Shown here one piece after another: positions 30,032-43,220 of a stretch of 64,000 nucleotides of DNA. The notes below the pieces were generated by a model, which was given only the letters and a program-made list of their open reading frames with translations, did no database searches and was not told the DNA's origin. Positions within the stretch are counted from its first letter, which is position 1. The number at the start of each line of letters is the position of its first letter. The translations under genes and the position numbers were made by a program. Source of the DNA: an uncultured Gammaproteobacteria bacterium (GTDB taxonomy: Bacteria > Pseudomonadota > Gammaproteobacteria > CAWCPV01); NCBI GenBank assembly GCA_963797555.1, contig CAWCPV010000002.1:128001-192000 (forward strand). The letters are read 5' to 3'.

Positions 30032-30583
30032 ATGCAGATCGTTGAAGGCTGGGTCCGGGAGGCCGCGCGCCGGCCGTCGCCCAATCGCGATGCCCGCCCG
30101 TTAGGCGCGGTTATCGACCTCCTCGTGGTGCACGGCATCAGTCTCCCGCCCGGGGAGTATGGCGGGCCGTGGATCGACGCCTTGTTCACGAATTCCCTGG
30201 ATGCGGAAGCTCATCCGTATTTTCGCGGGATCGCGGGTCTTAGGGTTTCGGCTCACACCCTAATTCGGCGCGGCGGCGACATCGTCCAATACGTCCCGTT
30301 CCACTTGCGCGCCTGGCACGCGGGGGAATCCTGCTTTGCCGGCAGGCCCGGCTGCAACGACTACAGCATCGGCTTGGAGCTAGAGGGTACCGACCTGGAG
30401 CCATACACCGACGGGCAGTACACGCAGCTCGCAGAGCTGGCACGTGCCCTGCGGAGGATCTATCCCGCCATCACACGCGATCGCATCGTAGGCCATAGCG
30501 ATATCGCACCGGGGCGCAAGACCGACCCTGGCCCGGCCTTCGTGTGGGGCAGGCTGTGGGCGCTGCTGGGCGAGCCGCCGTGA
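30032..30583 (+). CDS. ampD: 1,6-anhydro-N-acetylmuramyl-L-alanine amidase
   Basis: SPN.D.RP, HGISLPPG, VSAH, RAWHAG, GHSDIAPGRKTDPG. Confidence 0.95.
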   Translation: MQIVEGWVREAARRPSPNRDARPLGAVIDLLVVHGISLPPGEYGGPWIDALFTNSLDAEAHPYFRGIAGLRVSAHTLIRRGGDIVQYVPFHLRAWHAGESCFAGRPGCNDYSIGLELEGTDLEPYTDGQYTQLAELARALRRIYPAITRDRIVGHSDIAPGRKTDPGPAFVWGRLWALLGEPP

Positions 30584-31473
30584 CGCTGTTGGCGATCATC
30601 CTGGCGCTGGCGGGTCAAGAGTTGCTGGGCGACCTCCATGAGCATCGCAGCTTCGCCGCCTACCAGCGGTGGGTTCAGAATCTGCACAGGCGTTTTCGCT
30701 CCTGGCCCTGGGACGGCCCGCTCGGCGTCGGCCTGGCCCTGTTCCTGCCCGCGTTCCTGGTCGCTGTCCTCCACGGACTGTTGGCGAGGCTGTTCCCGCC
30801 GCTAGCCATCGTGTTCGACGCCTTTGTCTTGCTATACTGCTTCGGCCCTAGGAGTCTCGTCGATGATCTGCAGCATTTCTCCGAGCTGCGGACGCGCCAG
30901 GACGACGACGGTGCCCGACGCCTGGCAACGGAGCTTGGTGGCCTGCCGGGGGAGTCGCACGGTGACACGGCTCAGTCAGTCCTGCGGCAGATCCCGGTAC
31001 AGGGCAATCGCCGGGTGCTGGCCGTGCTGTTTTGGTTCGGTCTGTTAGGCCCGCTGGTCGGCCCTTTCGCCGTCGTGCTCTATCGGCTGACGGAGCGCGC
31101 CTGCGACGCGCTGCAGGTACCAAGCGCCGAGGACGTGGATTTCGCCGGCTCCGCATTGCGCCTCTACGCACTTCTCGATTGGCTGCCGGCGCGCGCCGCG
31201 GCGCTGACCTACGCCCTGGCCGGAAACTACCGGGGGGTGCGTACGCGACTTGCCAAGCGACCCGATCTGTGGTCGCGTATCAGCTTGGTCGGAAACGCTG
31301 AGCTGTTGGCGGCGGCTGGCGAGGGGGCCCTGGGACAAGGATATCCGGCGGCGCCCGTGAACGCCGGGATGTTCCAGCAGCAAGTCGATGAGGCTTTGGG
31401 TTTGGTGCGCCGGACGATGTGGGTATGGGTCGCGCTGGTCGTCACCGCAACCCTGGGCCACTTGCTCGTGTAG
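30580..31473 (+). CDS. ampE: AmpE/CobD-like membrane protein
   Basis: Coupled to ampD; TM helices, AVLFWF...GP, LDWLPAR. Confidence 0.7.
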   Translation: MTLLAIILALAGQELLGDLHEHRSFAAYQRWVQNLHRRFRSWPWDGPLGVGLALFLPAFLVAVLHGLLARLFPPLAIVFDAFVLLYCFGPRSLVDDLQHFSELRTRQDDDGARRLATELGGLPGESHGDTAQSVLRQIPVQGNRRVLAVLFWFGLLGPLVGPFAVVLYRLTERACDALQVPSAEDVDFAGSALRLYALLDWLPARAAALTYALAGNYRGVRTRLAKRPDLWSRISLVGNAELLAAAGEGALGQGYPAAPVNAGMFQQQVDEALGLVRRTMWVWVALVVTATLGHLLV

Positions 31474-31516
31474 GCCGGGGCGCGGCAGTGAGCGAGGTCC
31501 ACGTCCGGGGCGTGGC

Positions 31517-32386
31517 GTGACTACCGCCGTTCTCGGGGTGATGACCGCGCTCTGGTCCCTGGGCGCATGGGCCATCGACGTGGTCGACGACCGGGGGCGA
31601 AATGTCCACCTGGATCGACCCGCCAGCCGCATCGTCACGCTCGCCCCCCACCTCGCGGAGCTGGTGCACGCCGCTGGAGGCGGGGCTCGCCTGGTCGGAG
31701 TCGTCGAGTATTCCGATTTTCCGCCCAGCGCGAGGAAGTTGCCCCGTGTGGGAAATGCGTCGGGCATCGACTTGGAGGGGGTCCTCGCCCTGCGACCCGA
31801 CCTGGTGGCTGCGTGGAGAAGCGGTAATGATCCCCGTACCGTTCAGCGTCTCGAGCAGTTGGGCCTTACCGTGTATGTCACCGAGCCAGCGGGACCCGAG
31901 GATGTTGCACGCCACCTGAGGCAGCTCGGCCGCCTCATGGGGACGGACGTGGTCGCCGAGAAAGCGGCAAGGGACCTTCTGGGGAGCCTGCAGGGGTTGC
32001 GCCGACGTTACCAGCACCGCCGCGCAGTCAGCGTGTTCCTGGAGATCGATCACCATCCGTTGATCACCGTTGGCGGAGCACACATCATCAGCGAGCTGAT
32101 CGCGATTTGCGGCGGCCGCAATGCTTTAGGAACATTGACCGGCGTCGCGCCCGTGGTGGACCCGGAAGCGGTCCTGCGCGCCGATCCGGACATCATCGTT
32201 GCTATGGGGCCCGGCGCCAGCGGGTGGCTGAACGAGTGGCGGCGTTGGCCGCAGCTCAGAGCCGTGCACAGCGGGCGGCTGGCAGTCGTCGCGGAGGACT
32301 GGGTCGCTCGTCCCGGACCCCGTCTGGTACTGGGTGCCCAGCAGCTGTGTGGGGTGCTTGAGGAAGCGCGCCATGCCCTGAAATGA
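31517..32386 (+). CDS. BtuF-like cobalamin-binding periplasmic protein
   Basis: VDDRG..V....PA.RIVTLAPH..E, RPGPR; start approximate. Confidence 0.8.
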   Translation: MTTAVLGVMTALWSLGAWAIDVVDDRGRNVHLDRPASRIVTLAPHLAELVHAAGGGARLVGVVEYSDFPPSARKLPRVGNASGIDLEGVLALRPDLVAAWRSGNDPRTVQRLEQLGLTVYVTEPAGPEDVARHLRQLGRLMGTDVVAEKAARDLLGSLQGLRRRYQHRRAVSVFLEIDHHPLITVGGAHIISELIAICGGRNALGTLTGVAPVVDPEAVLRADPDIIVAMGPGASGWLNEWRRWPQLRAVHSGRLAVVAEDWVARPGPRLVLGAQQLCGVLEEARHALK

Positions 32387-32652
32387 GTGAGGGCGTTAGG
32401 GAGCGCCCCAAGGATGCCTTCGGGCCGCCGGCCAGCTTCGTTCTACCCTGACCGCGCGCACGCTGTCGGAGCGCGCCGACGTGAGTGGCGCTGGGGGGGG
32501 CGTGCTCTCCACGGCGGCCCCGCCTTCGTGGCCCTGTCGGCAGTCCCCGAGGCGACTCCGCGTTTGAAACACAGGCGGGCCTCACCCTTCGCGCTCTCTC
32601 AGCGGTCGGTGCATGGGTGAGTCGCGTCCAAAGGTGCACCGGCCAAGGCGCA

Positions 32653-32709
32653 TTGACAACGAGAAGAGCGCTGCGGTACAGTTTTGATATGTTTTAGAAA
32701 CAGTCTAAA
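32653..32709 (+). promoter_or_regulatory. Sigma70 promoter plus Fur-family (Irr/PerR-like) palindrome
   Basis: TTGACA-18 bp-TACAGT followed by TTTAGA-AACAG-TCTAAA (32693-32709). Confidence 0.6.
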
Positions 32710-32751
32710 CGTTTTTTCGGCGTCACCCACCCTATGCAAGAGGAGTGTCCT

Positions 32752-33171
32752 ATGGAACTGAAGGGTAGCAAGACCGAGGGTAGTCTGAGGGCGGCTTTCG
32801 GCGGTGAGTCGCAGGCGAATCGGCGTTATCTCTATTTTGCCTCGAAGGCCGACGTTGAAGGGTACAACGACGTGTCTGCGGTGTTCCGTTCTACGGCCGA
32901 GGGTGAGACGGGCCATGCGTTCGGGCATCTGGAATACCTGGAGGCCGTCGGCGACCCGGCCACGGATTTGCCCATCGGAGGCACTGCCGAGAACCTCAAG
33001 TCGGCCATTGCGGGCGAGACGCACGAGTACACCGATATGTATCCCGGCATGGCGAAGATTGCCCGAGACGAGGGGTTTCACGAGATTGCCGACTGGTTCG
33101 AGACGCTCGCCAAAGCCGAGCGCTCCCACGCCAACCGCTTCCAGAAGGCCCTGGACAACCTCGGGTCCTAA
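32752..33171 (+). CDS. Short rubrerythrin without rubredoxin domain
   Basis: GESQANRRY, EGETGH, ETHEYTDMY, AERSH di-iron motifs. Confidence 0.92.
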   Translation: MELKGSKTEGSLRAAFGGESQANRRYLYFASKADVEGYNDVSAVFRSTAEGETGHAFGHLEYLEAVGDPATDLPIGGTAENLKSAIAGETHEYTDMYPGMAKIARDEGFHEIADWFETLAKAERSHANRFQKALDNLGS

Positions 33172-33188
33172 CCGCGCGACTGCAAGCA

Positions 33189-33220
33189 GGGGCGGGGGGA
33201 GCCTCCCCCTCGCCCTTTTT
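33189..33220 (+). terminator. Rho-independent terminator-like hairpin
   Basis: GGGGCGGGGGGA-GCC-TCCCCCTCGCCC followed by TTTTT. Confidence 0.55.
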
Positions 33221-33246
33221 CGTCGCCCAACGCCACAGGATCGCCC

Positions 33247-34593
33247 ATGAGCACGCCCGCTGACAGCCGCCGTGAGGGGAGCTTGGAGGCGCCCCGGCGC
33301 TCACCGCTCGACTGGAAGAGCCCCGAGTTCTATGACGAGGCACGCCTGTTCGACGAGATGAGCCGTGTATTCGAGATCTGCCACGGCTGCCGTCGCTGCT
33401 TCAGCCTCTGCAACGCATTTCCGACGTTGTTCGACGCAATCGACGATTCGCCTGCCATGGAGCTGGAAGGCGTCGAGCGGCAGGTTTACTGGCGCGTGGT
33501 GGACAACTGCTACCTCTGCGACATGTGCTTCATGACCAAGTGTCCCTACGTACCGCCACATCCGTGGAACGTGGACTTCCCCAAGCTGATGCTGCGCGGG
33601 AAAGCGATCAGGTTCAAGAGTGGGGCCGTGCCCGGGCGTGACCGAGTCATCAGCAGCACCAATGTCGTGGGCAAGCTGGCCACCATTCCGGTAGTCGCTC
33701 AGGCGGTCAACGCCGTACAGAAGAGTCGGAGCGCCCGCAAGCTGATCGAGCGAACCGTGGGTATTCACGCCGATGCCTGGCTGCCCCCCTACCGCAGCGA
33801 TATCTTGAGGCGGCGGGTTCGCGGGCGGCAGTCTCCGGCTCTTGAGCCGCGTCCAGGCACCGCCACCCGGGGTCGGGTAGTCCTGTTCCCCACCTGTTAC
33901 GGAAACTACAACGAGCCGCAACTGGGTGAGGACCTGATGGCCGTTATGGAGCACAACGGCGTTCCGGTGGACCTGACGCAGAGGCAGGCATGCTGCGGCA
34001 TGCCCAAGCTGGAGATCGGCGATCTCGACACCGTTGCGCGCTTAAAGCGGGACAGCGTCCCCGAGCTGGCGCGCTGGGTGGACCAAGGCTTCGACATCCT
34101 CGCCCCTGTTCCGTCATGCGTGCTGATGTTCAAGCAGGAGTTCCCGCTGCTGTTCCCCGACGACCCGGAGGTCGGCAGGGTATCCCGCGCCACCTTCGAC
34201 CCCTTCGAGTACCTGATGCTACGCCATCGGGACGGCCTGCTTAAGACCGATTTCAAATACCCGCTGGGCAAGGTTCTCTATCACGCGGCCTGTCACCTAC
34301 GGGTCCAGAATGTTGGCCTCAAGACCCGCGAGATCCTCGCTCTCATCCCGGACACCCAGGTGGAGGTCGTGGAGCGTTGCTCAGGGCACGACGGGACCTA
34401 TGCTGTAAAACGCGAGTTCCACGACTTCGCCATGAAGATCGGGCGGCCGGTGTTCGACCGAGTGGCGAAGAGCCAGCCGGACCACTACACCAGCGACTGC
34501 CCCATCGCTGGCCACCAGATCGAGAATGGCCTAGACGACGGCAGCCGTCCCACTCATCCGCTCACCCTGTTGCGCATGGCTTACGGACTTTGA
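33247..34593 (+). CDS. Rubrerythrin-associated Fe-S oxidoreductase (GlpC-like)
   Basis: CHGCRRCFSLC, CYLCDMC...CP, CCG motif. Confidence 0.88.
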   Translation: MSTPADSRREGSLEAPRRSPLDWKSPEFYDEARLFDEMSRVFEICHGCRRCFSLCNAFPTLFDAIDDSPAMELEGVERQVYWRVVDNCYLCDMCFMTKCPYVPPHPWNVDFPKLMLRGKAIRFKSGAVPGRDRVISSTNVVGKLATIPVVAQAVNAVQKSRSARKLIERTVGIHADAWLPPYRSDILRRRVRGRQSPALEPRPGTATRGRVVLFPTCYGNYNEPQLGEDLMAVMEHNGVPVDLTQRQACCGMPKLEIGDLDTVARLKRDSVPELARWVDQGFDILAPVPSCVLMFKQEFPLLFPDDPEVGRVSRATFDPFEYLMLRHRDGLLKTDFKYPLGKVLYHAACHLRVQNVGLKTREILALIPDTQVEVVERCSGHDGTYAVKREFHDFAMKIGRPVFDRVAKSQPDHYTSDCPIAGHQIENGLDDGSRPTHPLTLLRMAYGL

Positions 34594-34653
34594 CGGGGCC
34601 GCCCCGGCCCGGCCGTGGCACAACGCTCAGCCAGAGACGCTATGGAGATTGCC

Positions 34654-35238
34654 ATGCACAGACTGACCCGCGCAGACTTATACAGTCTGGAGGCTTACGA
34701 GGAGGCGCGCACCGATTTCCGTGCCCGCGTGATGGCTCACAAGAGGGATCGCAAGCTTGCGTTGGGACCACACATGACGTTGTACTTCGAGGACCGCCTG
34801 ACCATGCAGTACCAAGTACAGGAGATGCTTCGCGCTGAGCGCATCTTCAAGGCAAGCGAGGTCGAGGAGGAGCTGGCGGCGTACAATCCGCTCGTCCCGG
34901 ACGGGAGCAACTGGAAGGCCACGATGATGATCGAGTATGAAGACGTCGCGGAGCGCAAGCGCGCACTCGGCGAGCTGATTGGCGTCGAAGACCGGGTGTG
35001 GGTGCGGGTGGACGGGCTTGCACCGGTGTTCGCGGTAGCGGACGAAGATTTGGACCGGGAGACCGAGGAGAAGACCTCGGCGGTCCATTTCCTGCGTTTC
35101 GAGCTGACGCCGGAGATGGTCGCTATGGTCAAGGAAGGGGCTCCCGTCAGTGCTGGGGTCGACCACCCGCGCTACACACTCGTGCTCGACCCTGTGCCGT
35201 ACGAGGTGCGGTTGTCCTTGACGAACGACCTGGACTGA
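34654..35238 (+). CDS. DUF3501 family protein
   Basis: LYFED..T..YQVQEMLRAE, AYNPLVP, KTSAVHFLRFE; usual third gene of this cluster. Confidence 0.88.
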   Translation: MHRLTRADLYSLEAYEEARTDFRARVMAHKRDRKLALGPHMTLYFEDRLTMQYQVQEMLRAERIFKASEVEEELAAYNPLVPDGSNWKATMMIEYEDVAERKRALGELIGVEDRVWVRVDGLAPVFAVADEDLDRETEEKTSAVHFLRFELTPEMVAMVKEGAPVSAGVDHPRYTLVLDPVPYEVRLSLTNDLD

Positions 35239-35258
35239 TCGTGACCCTGTGATCGTTC

Positions 35259-35744
35259 TTGGACTCCCACCTCGCACGCTTGGCCGAGCACGTCGGCACA
35301 GTCCTCAAGCAGCGCGGTCTCACGCTCGCCGTCGCCGAGTCTTGCACCGGCGGGGGGCTTGCACAGACGATCACGGCAGTTTCCGGCAGCTCCGAGTGGT
35401 TCGATCGTGGCTTCGTAACCTACAGCAACGACGCCAAGCGGGAGATGCTCGGGGTTCGCCGCGACACCCTGGAGGCCCATGGGGCGGTCAGTGAGCAGAC
35501 GGTCCACGAGATGGCCGAGGGGGCGCTGGGTAACAGTCATGCCCAGTTGAGCATCGCCGTGAGTGGTGTCGCTGGACCGAGCGGCGGCACCCCCGAAAAG
35601 CCCGTGGGCACGGTCTGGCTCGCATGGGCCACGGAGCAAGGAGTGAGCACGCGGCTGGCGCATTTCCCCGGCGATCGCGAAGAAGTGAGGCGCCAAGCCG
35701 TGGCAGCGGCCCTGCAGGGGGTGCTGGACATCCTTGGCCAGTGA
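35259..35744 (+). CDS. pncC: CinA C-terminal/NMN deamidase family protein
   Basis: AESCTGG, TYSN.AK, GAVSE, SGVAGP.GG...KPVGTV. Confidence 0.88.
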   Translation: MDSHLARLAEHVGTVLKQRGLTLAVAESCTGGGLAQTITAVSGSSEWFDRGFVTYSNDAKREMLGVRRDTLEAHGAVSEQTVHEMAEGALGNSHAQLSIAVSGVAGPSGGTPEKPVGTVWLAWATEQGVSTRLAHFPGDREEVRRQAVAAALQGVLDILGQ

Positions 35745-36258
35745 CTGGCGGCGGCTCTTCCTGGCGCTGTGGCCGGATGGCGCGGTACGCAGCCGGCTGG
35801 AGTCAATTCCCGCGGGCATCGCTGCCTCGGGCCGCCGGATTTCCGGCCGCAACTTGCATCTCACCCTGGCCTTTCTCGGCAGTCTGGATCCGGCGGCCCA
35901 GCGGTTTGTCGAGGAGGCGGCGCAGACGGTCCGGGCGCGCCCCTTCACACTGGTCTTGGACGAGGTGGGGTGGTTTCGCCGCCCCCGGGTCCTGTGGGTA
36001 GGGGCGTCGCAGATCCCGGCGCAGTTGGAAGACTTGGTGGAGCAGCTCAGCGAGCGGCTCACACCCTGCGGTTACGCCCCCGATTCCCGGCCGTTCCAGG
36101 CCCACGTTACGCTGGCACGCAAGGTGGATCGGGGTCCGCTCAGACGCGAGGCGATCGCGCCCATCGAATGGCATGTCGATGGCTTCGCGCTCGTGGAGTC
36201 CGTCATGCTACCGGCCGGTGCCGACTATCGGCGGCTCAGGGTCTGGTCGGCGGCCTGA
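35734..36258 (+). CDS. thpR: RNA 2',3'-cyclic phosphodiesterase
   Basis: RLFLAL and two HxT motifs (LHLTL, AHVTL). Confidence 0.88.
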   Translation: MASDWRRLFLALWPDGAVRSRLESIPAGIAASGRRISGRNLHLTLAFLGSLDPAAQRFVEEAAQTVRARPFTLVLDEVGWFRRPRVLWVGASQIPAQLEDLVEQLSERLTPCGYAPDSRPFQAHVTLARKVDRGPLRREAIAPIEWHVDGFALVESVMLPAGADYRRLRVWSAA

Positions 36259-36352
36259 GGCAAGCCGGCTAGGCTCGCTTGCAACGATTGTGGGATAATG
36301 ACCCCCGTTGTCGTGGGCGGAGCAAGCGGGTCTCTATTAAGGGGGGGAACGG

Positions 36353-37384
36353 ATGATGGAAGATAACAAGAGCAAGGCATTGACCGCCGCCCTGAGCCAG
36401 ATCGAAAGGAGCTTCGGAAAAGGGGCGGTCATGCGTATGGGTGACGCCGGGGTGGCTCGGGACGTGGATGTCATTTCGACGGGCTCCCTGGGGCTGGATA
36501 TCGCGCTGGGAGTTGGCGGTCTGCCGCGCGGACGTGTGGTGGAGATTTACGGGCCAGAATCCTCGGGCAAGACGACACTCACTCTGCACGTGATCGCGGA
36601 GGCCCAGCGACAGGGCGGAACGGCGGCATTCATCGATGCCGAGCACGCGCTCGACCCGACGTACGCCCAGAAACTGGGGGTCAACGTGGACGATCTGCTC
36701 GTGTCGCAGCCGGACACCGGCGAGCAGGCGCTGGAGATCGCGGACATGTTGGTGCGCTCGGGTGCCGTGGACGTCGTGGTCATCGACTCGGTGGCCGCCC
36801 TGACGCCGAAGGCCGAGATCGAGGGCGAGATGGGCGACTCCCACATGGGTCTCCAGGCGCGTCTCATGTCCCAGGCGCTACGCAAGCTTACGGCGAACAT
36901 CAAGCGGTCCAATACGCTGGTGATCTTCATCAACCAGATTCGCATGAAGATCGGCGTCATGTTCGGGAACCCCGAAACGACCACCGGCGGTAATGCACTG
37001 AAGTTCTATGCCTCCGTGCGCCTGGACATCCGCCGTACCGGGGCCATCAAGAAGGGCGATGAAGTCATCGGGAGCGAGACGCGGGTCAAGGTGGTGAAGA
37101 ACAAGCTTGCCCCGCCCTTCAAGCAGGCGGAGTTCGAGATCCTCTACCGGGAGGGAATCTCGCGCCAGGGAGAGATCGTCGATCTGGGCGTGCAGCACGG
37201 TGTCCTGGAAAAGGCTGGGGCGTGGTACAGCTATCGCGGTAACCGCATCGGTCAGGGCAAGGAGAACGCGCGCGATTTCTTGCGCGAAAACCCCGACGTG
37301 GCCCGCGAGATCGAGGAGCAACTGCGCGCTAGCCTATTGCCTGCCAAGCACGCCGAGTCTCAGGCCGCGGAGGTCGAGTCCTGA
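36353..37384 (+). CDS. recA: Recombinase A
   Basis: [31 protein letters not shown]. Confidence 0.98.
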   Translation: MMEDNKSKALTAALSQIERSFGKGAVMRMGDAGVARDVDVISTGSLGLDIALGVGGLPRGRVVEIYGPESSGKTTLTLHVIAEAQRQGGTAAFIDAEHALDPTYAQKLGVNVDDLLVSQPDTGEQALEIADMLVRSGAVDVVVIDSVAALTPKAEIEGEMGDSHMGLQARLMSQALRKLTANIKRSNTLVIFINQIRMKIGVMFGNPETTTGGNALKFYASVRLDIRRTGAIKKGDEVIGSETRVKVVKNKLAPPFKQAEFEILYREGISRQGEIVDLGVQHGVLEKAGAWYSYRGNRIGQGKENARDFLRENPDVAREIEEQLRASLLPAKHAESQAAEVES

Positions 37385-37434
37385 GGACCACGGCCGAGTC
37401 CCCCGGCAACGTCGAGCGCGTCGCCCTGGGCCTG

Positions 37435-37839
37435 TTGGCGCGTCGCGAGCATTCACGGGAAGAGTTGGTGCGTAAGCTTTGCCGCAAGGGCTTCGACCCA
37501 GAGGCGGCGAGGCATGTAGTGGACGGTCTGGCCCAGCAGGGTTGGGTAAGCGACAGCCGTTTCGCCGAGGAGTTTGTCCGCGACCGTCTGTCGCGAGGTT
37601 TCGGGCCCCTGCGTATCCGGGCGGAACTCAAGGAGCGCGGTGTGAGCGAGGACTTGGCCGCGTCCTGGCTCGAAGAGGATGCGGTGGACTGGTATGCGCA
37701 GGCGGAGCGCACTCGATGCAAGCGTTTCGGCACCGAGTTGCCGGCGGGGTTGCGCGAGCGCGCCCGACAGGCCAGGTTCCTGCAGTATCGAGGCTTCTCC
37801 TCGGAGCAGATTCGGGCGGTGCTGGCGGGCGGTGATTGA
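37435..37839 (+). CDS. recX: Regulatory protein RecX (start may lie slightly upstream)
   Basis: ARREHS..EL..KL, SD.RFAE, G.GP.RI..EL, RFL.YRGF. Confidence 0.9.
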   Translation: MARREHSREELVRKLCRKGFDPEAARHVVDGLAQQGWVSDSRFAEEFVRDRLSRGFGPLRIRAELKERGVSEDLAASWLEEDAVDWYAQAERTRCKRFGTELPAGLRERARQARFLQYRGFSSEQIRAVLAGGD

Positions 37840-37847
37840 CTCGAGGT

Positions 37848-40451
<2,604 letters not shown>

Positions 40452-40491
40452 GCTCCGTCCCTGCCGCGTCCCGGGCGGGAGCGAGGGCCCG

Positions 40492-41745
40492 ATGGCGCTG
40501 ATCGTGCAGAAGTACGGGGGGACCTCCGTCGGCAGTATCGAACGCGTCGAGCGCGTCGCGGATCGGGTCATTCGCTGGCGCAGCAAGGGCAACGATTTGG
40601 TGGTCGTCGTGTCGGCCATGAGCGGCGAGACCAACCGCCTGCTGGCCCTGGCCAAGCAAATCGATGCGCGGCCCAATCCGCGAGAGCTGGACGTGTTGCT
40701 CGCCACCGGCGAGCAGGTGACAATCGCACTGCTCGCCATCGCCGTGGGAAAACGTGGGTGCCCAGCGCGTTCATACACCGGCGGTCAAGTACATATTCGG
40801 ACCGATAACGCTCACACCAAGGCGCGTATCACCGACATCGACTCGGCGCGAGTGATGAGAGACCTGAGGGATGGGCGCGTCGTGATCGTGGCGGGATTCC
40901 AGGGAGTGGACGACGAGGGGAATATCACCACGCTCGGCCGAGGCGGTTCCGACACCACCGCCGTCGCCTTGGCGGCAGCCCTCGGGGCCGACGAGTGCCA
41001 GATCTATACCGATGTGGACGGGGTCTATACCACCGACCCGCGTGTGGTGCCGGCGTCGCGGCGTTTGGCTTGCCTCACCTATGAGGAGATGCTGGAGATG
41101 GCGAGCCTCGGCGCAAAAGTCCTGCAGATCCGCTCGGTGGAGTTCGCCAGCAAGTACAACGTGCCGTTGCGCGTCCTCTCCTCTTTCGACGAGGGCGATG
41201 GCACATTGATCACCGCAGAGGAGCCAAGCATGGAGCAGGCGCTGATCTCCGGCATCGCCTTCAACCGTGATGAGGCCAAGCTAACCATCATGGGTGTACC
41301 GGACCAGCCCGGAGTGGCCTACCGGATTCTGGGGCCGATTGCCTCCGCGAACATCGAGGTAGACATGATCGTGCAGAACGTCGGTGCGGACGGGACGACT
41401 GACTTCACATTCACGGTGCATCGCAACGACTACGAGAAGGCAGTGGACCTGCTGCGTGCCACTGCCGCAGAGATGGGGGCACGGGATGTGTCTGGCGACA
41501 ACAGGATTGCGAAGATATCCCTGGTGGGCGTGGGTATGCGATCCCACGCGGGGATCGCCAGTGCGATGTTTCACGCGCTGGCGCAAGAGGGCATCAACAT
41601 CCGTATGATCTCCACCTCGGAGATCAAGATCTCGGTGGTTGTCGACGAGAAGTATCTGGAGCTAGGTGTGCGCACCCTGCACGACGCCTTTCATCTGGAG
41701 AAGGAGCCCGAGCGAGAGGTGGGGTTGGTCCCGGCGCACGGGTGA
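40492..41745 (+). CDS. lysC: Aspartate kinase
   Basis: IVQKYGGTSV, TTLGRGGSDTTA, two ACT domains. Confidence 0.95.
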   Translation: MALIVQKYGGTSVGSIERVERVADRVIRWRSKGNDLVVVVSAMSGETNRLLALAKQIDARPNPRELDVLLATGEQVTIALLAIAVGKRGCPARSYTGGQVHIRTDNAHTKARITDIDSARVMRDLRDGRVVIVAGFQGVDDEGNITTLGRGGSDTTAVALAAALGADECQIYTDVDGVYTTDPRVVPASRRLACLTYEEMLEMASLGAKVLQIRSVEFASKYNVPLRVLSSFDEGDGTLITAEEPSMEQALISGIAFNRDEAKLTIMGVPDQPGVAYRILGPIASANIEVDMIVQNVGADGTTDFTFTVHRNDYEKAVDLLRATAAEMGARDVSGDNRIAKISLVGVGMRSHAGIASAMFHALAQEGINIRMISTSEIKISVVVDEKYLELGVRTLHDAFHLEKEPEREVGLVPAHG

Positions 41746-41832
41746 GGCGCGAACAGGCCACGGACGTGGGCCAGGGAGGCGTCTTCGGTCGCGTCCCGGG
41801 TTGAACCGGCGCAGCGAACAAGGAGAGCATTG

Positions 41833-42036
41833 ATGCTGATTCTGACCAGGCGCGTGGGTGAGACGTTGATGATCGGCGATGAGGTCAGCGTTACGGTTCT
41901 GGGAGTCAAAGGGAACCAGGTCCGCATCGGCGTAAACGCACCCAGGGACGTGACCGTCCACCGTGAGGAGATCTACGAGAGGATCCGCAAGGAGCGGGCC
42001 TTGGGGGGGGACGGCGAGCTGGAGATCCCAGAATAG
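41833..42036 (+). CDS. csrA: Carbon storage regulator
   Basis: [10 protein letters not shown]...VHREEIY. Confidence 0.96.
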   Translation: MLILTRRVGETLMIGDEVSVTVLGVKGNQVRIGVNAPRDVTVHREEIYERIRKERALGGDGELEIPE

Positions 42037-42183
42037 CTCTCCCTTACCGAGCGTACTATAATGCCCAGTCTGCGGTAGAGCAGTGGTCAACCACGGCTCC
42101 CGACCAAGCTGGGAGTCCAGCCGGGCGATGCCTGTCACGGTTCGCCAGTGGTTTGCGCGGGCCGCCGCGAGATGTTGATCCCG

Positions 42184-42276
42184 GGAGAGATGGCCGAGAG
42201 GTCGAAGGCGCTCCCCTGCTAAGGGAGTATGGGGTTAAAAGCTCCATCGAGGGTTCGAATCCCTCTCTCTCCGCCA
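42184..42276 (+). tRNA. tRNA-Ser(GCT)
   Basis: GGAGAGA/TCTCTCC acceptor stem, CTGCTAA anticodon loop, long variable arm, GGTTCGAATC, CCA end. Confidence 0.95.
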
Positions 42277-42332
42277 GACGGCGGAGCCTAGGTCGGCAGG
42301 CGCCAGTGCCCTGGCGAACCGTCCATCCAAAC

Positions 42333-42409
42333 GCGCCCGTAGCTCAGTTGGATAGAGTACCTGGCTACGAACCAGGGGGTCGGGAGTTCGAATCTCTCCG
42401 GGCGCGCCA
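42333..42409 (+). tRNA. tRNA-Arg(ACG)
   Basis: GCGCCCG/CGGGCGC acceptor stem, CTACGAA anticodon loop, GTTCGAATC, CCA end. Confidence 0.96.
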
Positions 42410-42422
42410 GTTTTCCAAAGGG

Positions 42423-43066
42423 TTAGCGATTGTCGGCCGCCAGCCTTGCGCCGTGTTCGTCCTGGAAGGATAGCGCGAAGGCGTCGGAAAACCGGCTCAT
42501 CAGCTTGAAGATGTTGCCGACCTCGATTGCCTTTTCCCCGCGCAGTGCCGTGTTGCCGACGGGCAGGCTCCGTTCAGATCGCCGATGATCTCCTTGTTGA
42601 GGGTGATCCGGCACTCTTCACAGACATGGATCGTGTCCTCGCCGGAGGGCGTGATCGTCTGGTATTCGTGCGAATACTTGCTGAACACGCCCCCGAGGCA
42701 TAGGTGAGGAGAGTGATCGCGCCGAGGCCGCAGCGCCGTGACGATCTCTTCATGGGTCGGGCCGAGCGTCAGATCGCGCTCGCCCGCGCCCGCGCCTTTG
42801 AGCTTGAACAGGATGTCGTCCATCTTGTCCCAGCGGCCCGTCTGCCGCCACGCATCGCCGGGCTGGAGCGCCGGCATCAGAATTTCCTGACTGGCGATCG
42901 CGTTCATCTCCTCGCGGATGATCTGCTCGATCTTCATCAGCACCCGCATCAGCGGCAGGAACGAATAAATCCCGGCCATCTGCTGCGGATAAACCCGGCC
43001 CGCAGCAGCAGGCGCGCGTTGATGCTGTCTTCCTCGGACGACGTATCGCGGACCGCTTTCGTGCAC
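42423..43066 (-). pseudogene. Fragmented prolyl-tRNA synthetase
   Basis: AGIYSFLP, IIREEMN, TGRW, LGPTHEEIVT, GEDTI, IEVGNIFKL fragments with deletions and frameshifts. Confidence 0.8.
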
Positions 43067-43220
43067 AGCCCGGACTGGCGCAGGCCCAGCGCGCCGTATT
43101 GGTTGCAGGAGGTCATCGTTCTTCAGCCGTTTCTGTTCTCAGGCAATACAACAGGAATCGCAGAAATTCTGCTGCGACGCAAGGCCAAACGATGATGGCT
43201 GAGCGACGGCCTTGCGTCCT

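Noticed and set aside
36260-36352. LexA box upstream of recA
   Set aside because: No CTGT-N8-ACAG match visible.
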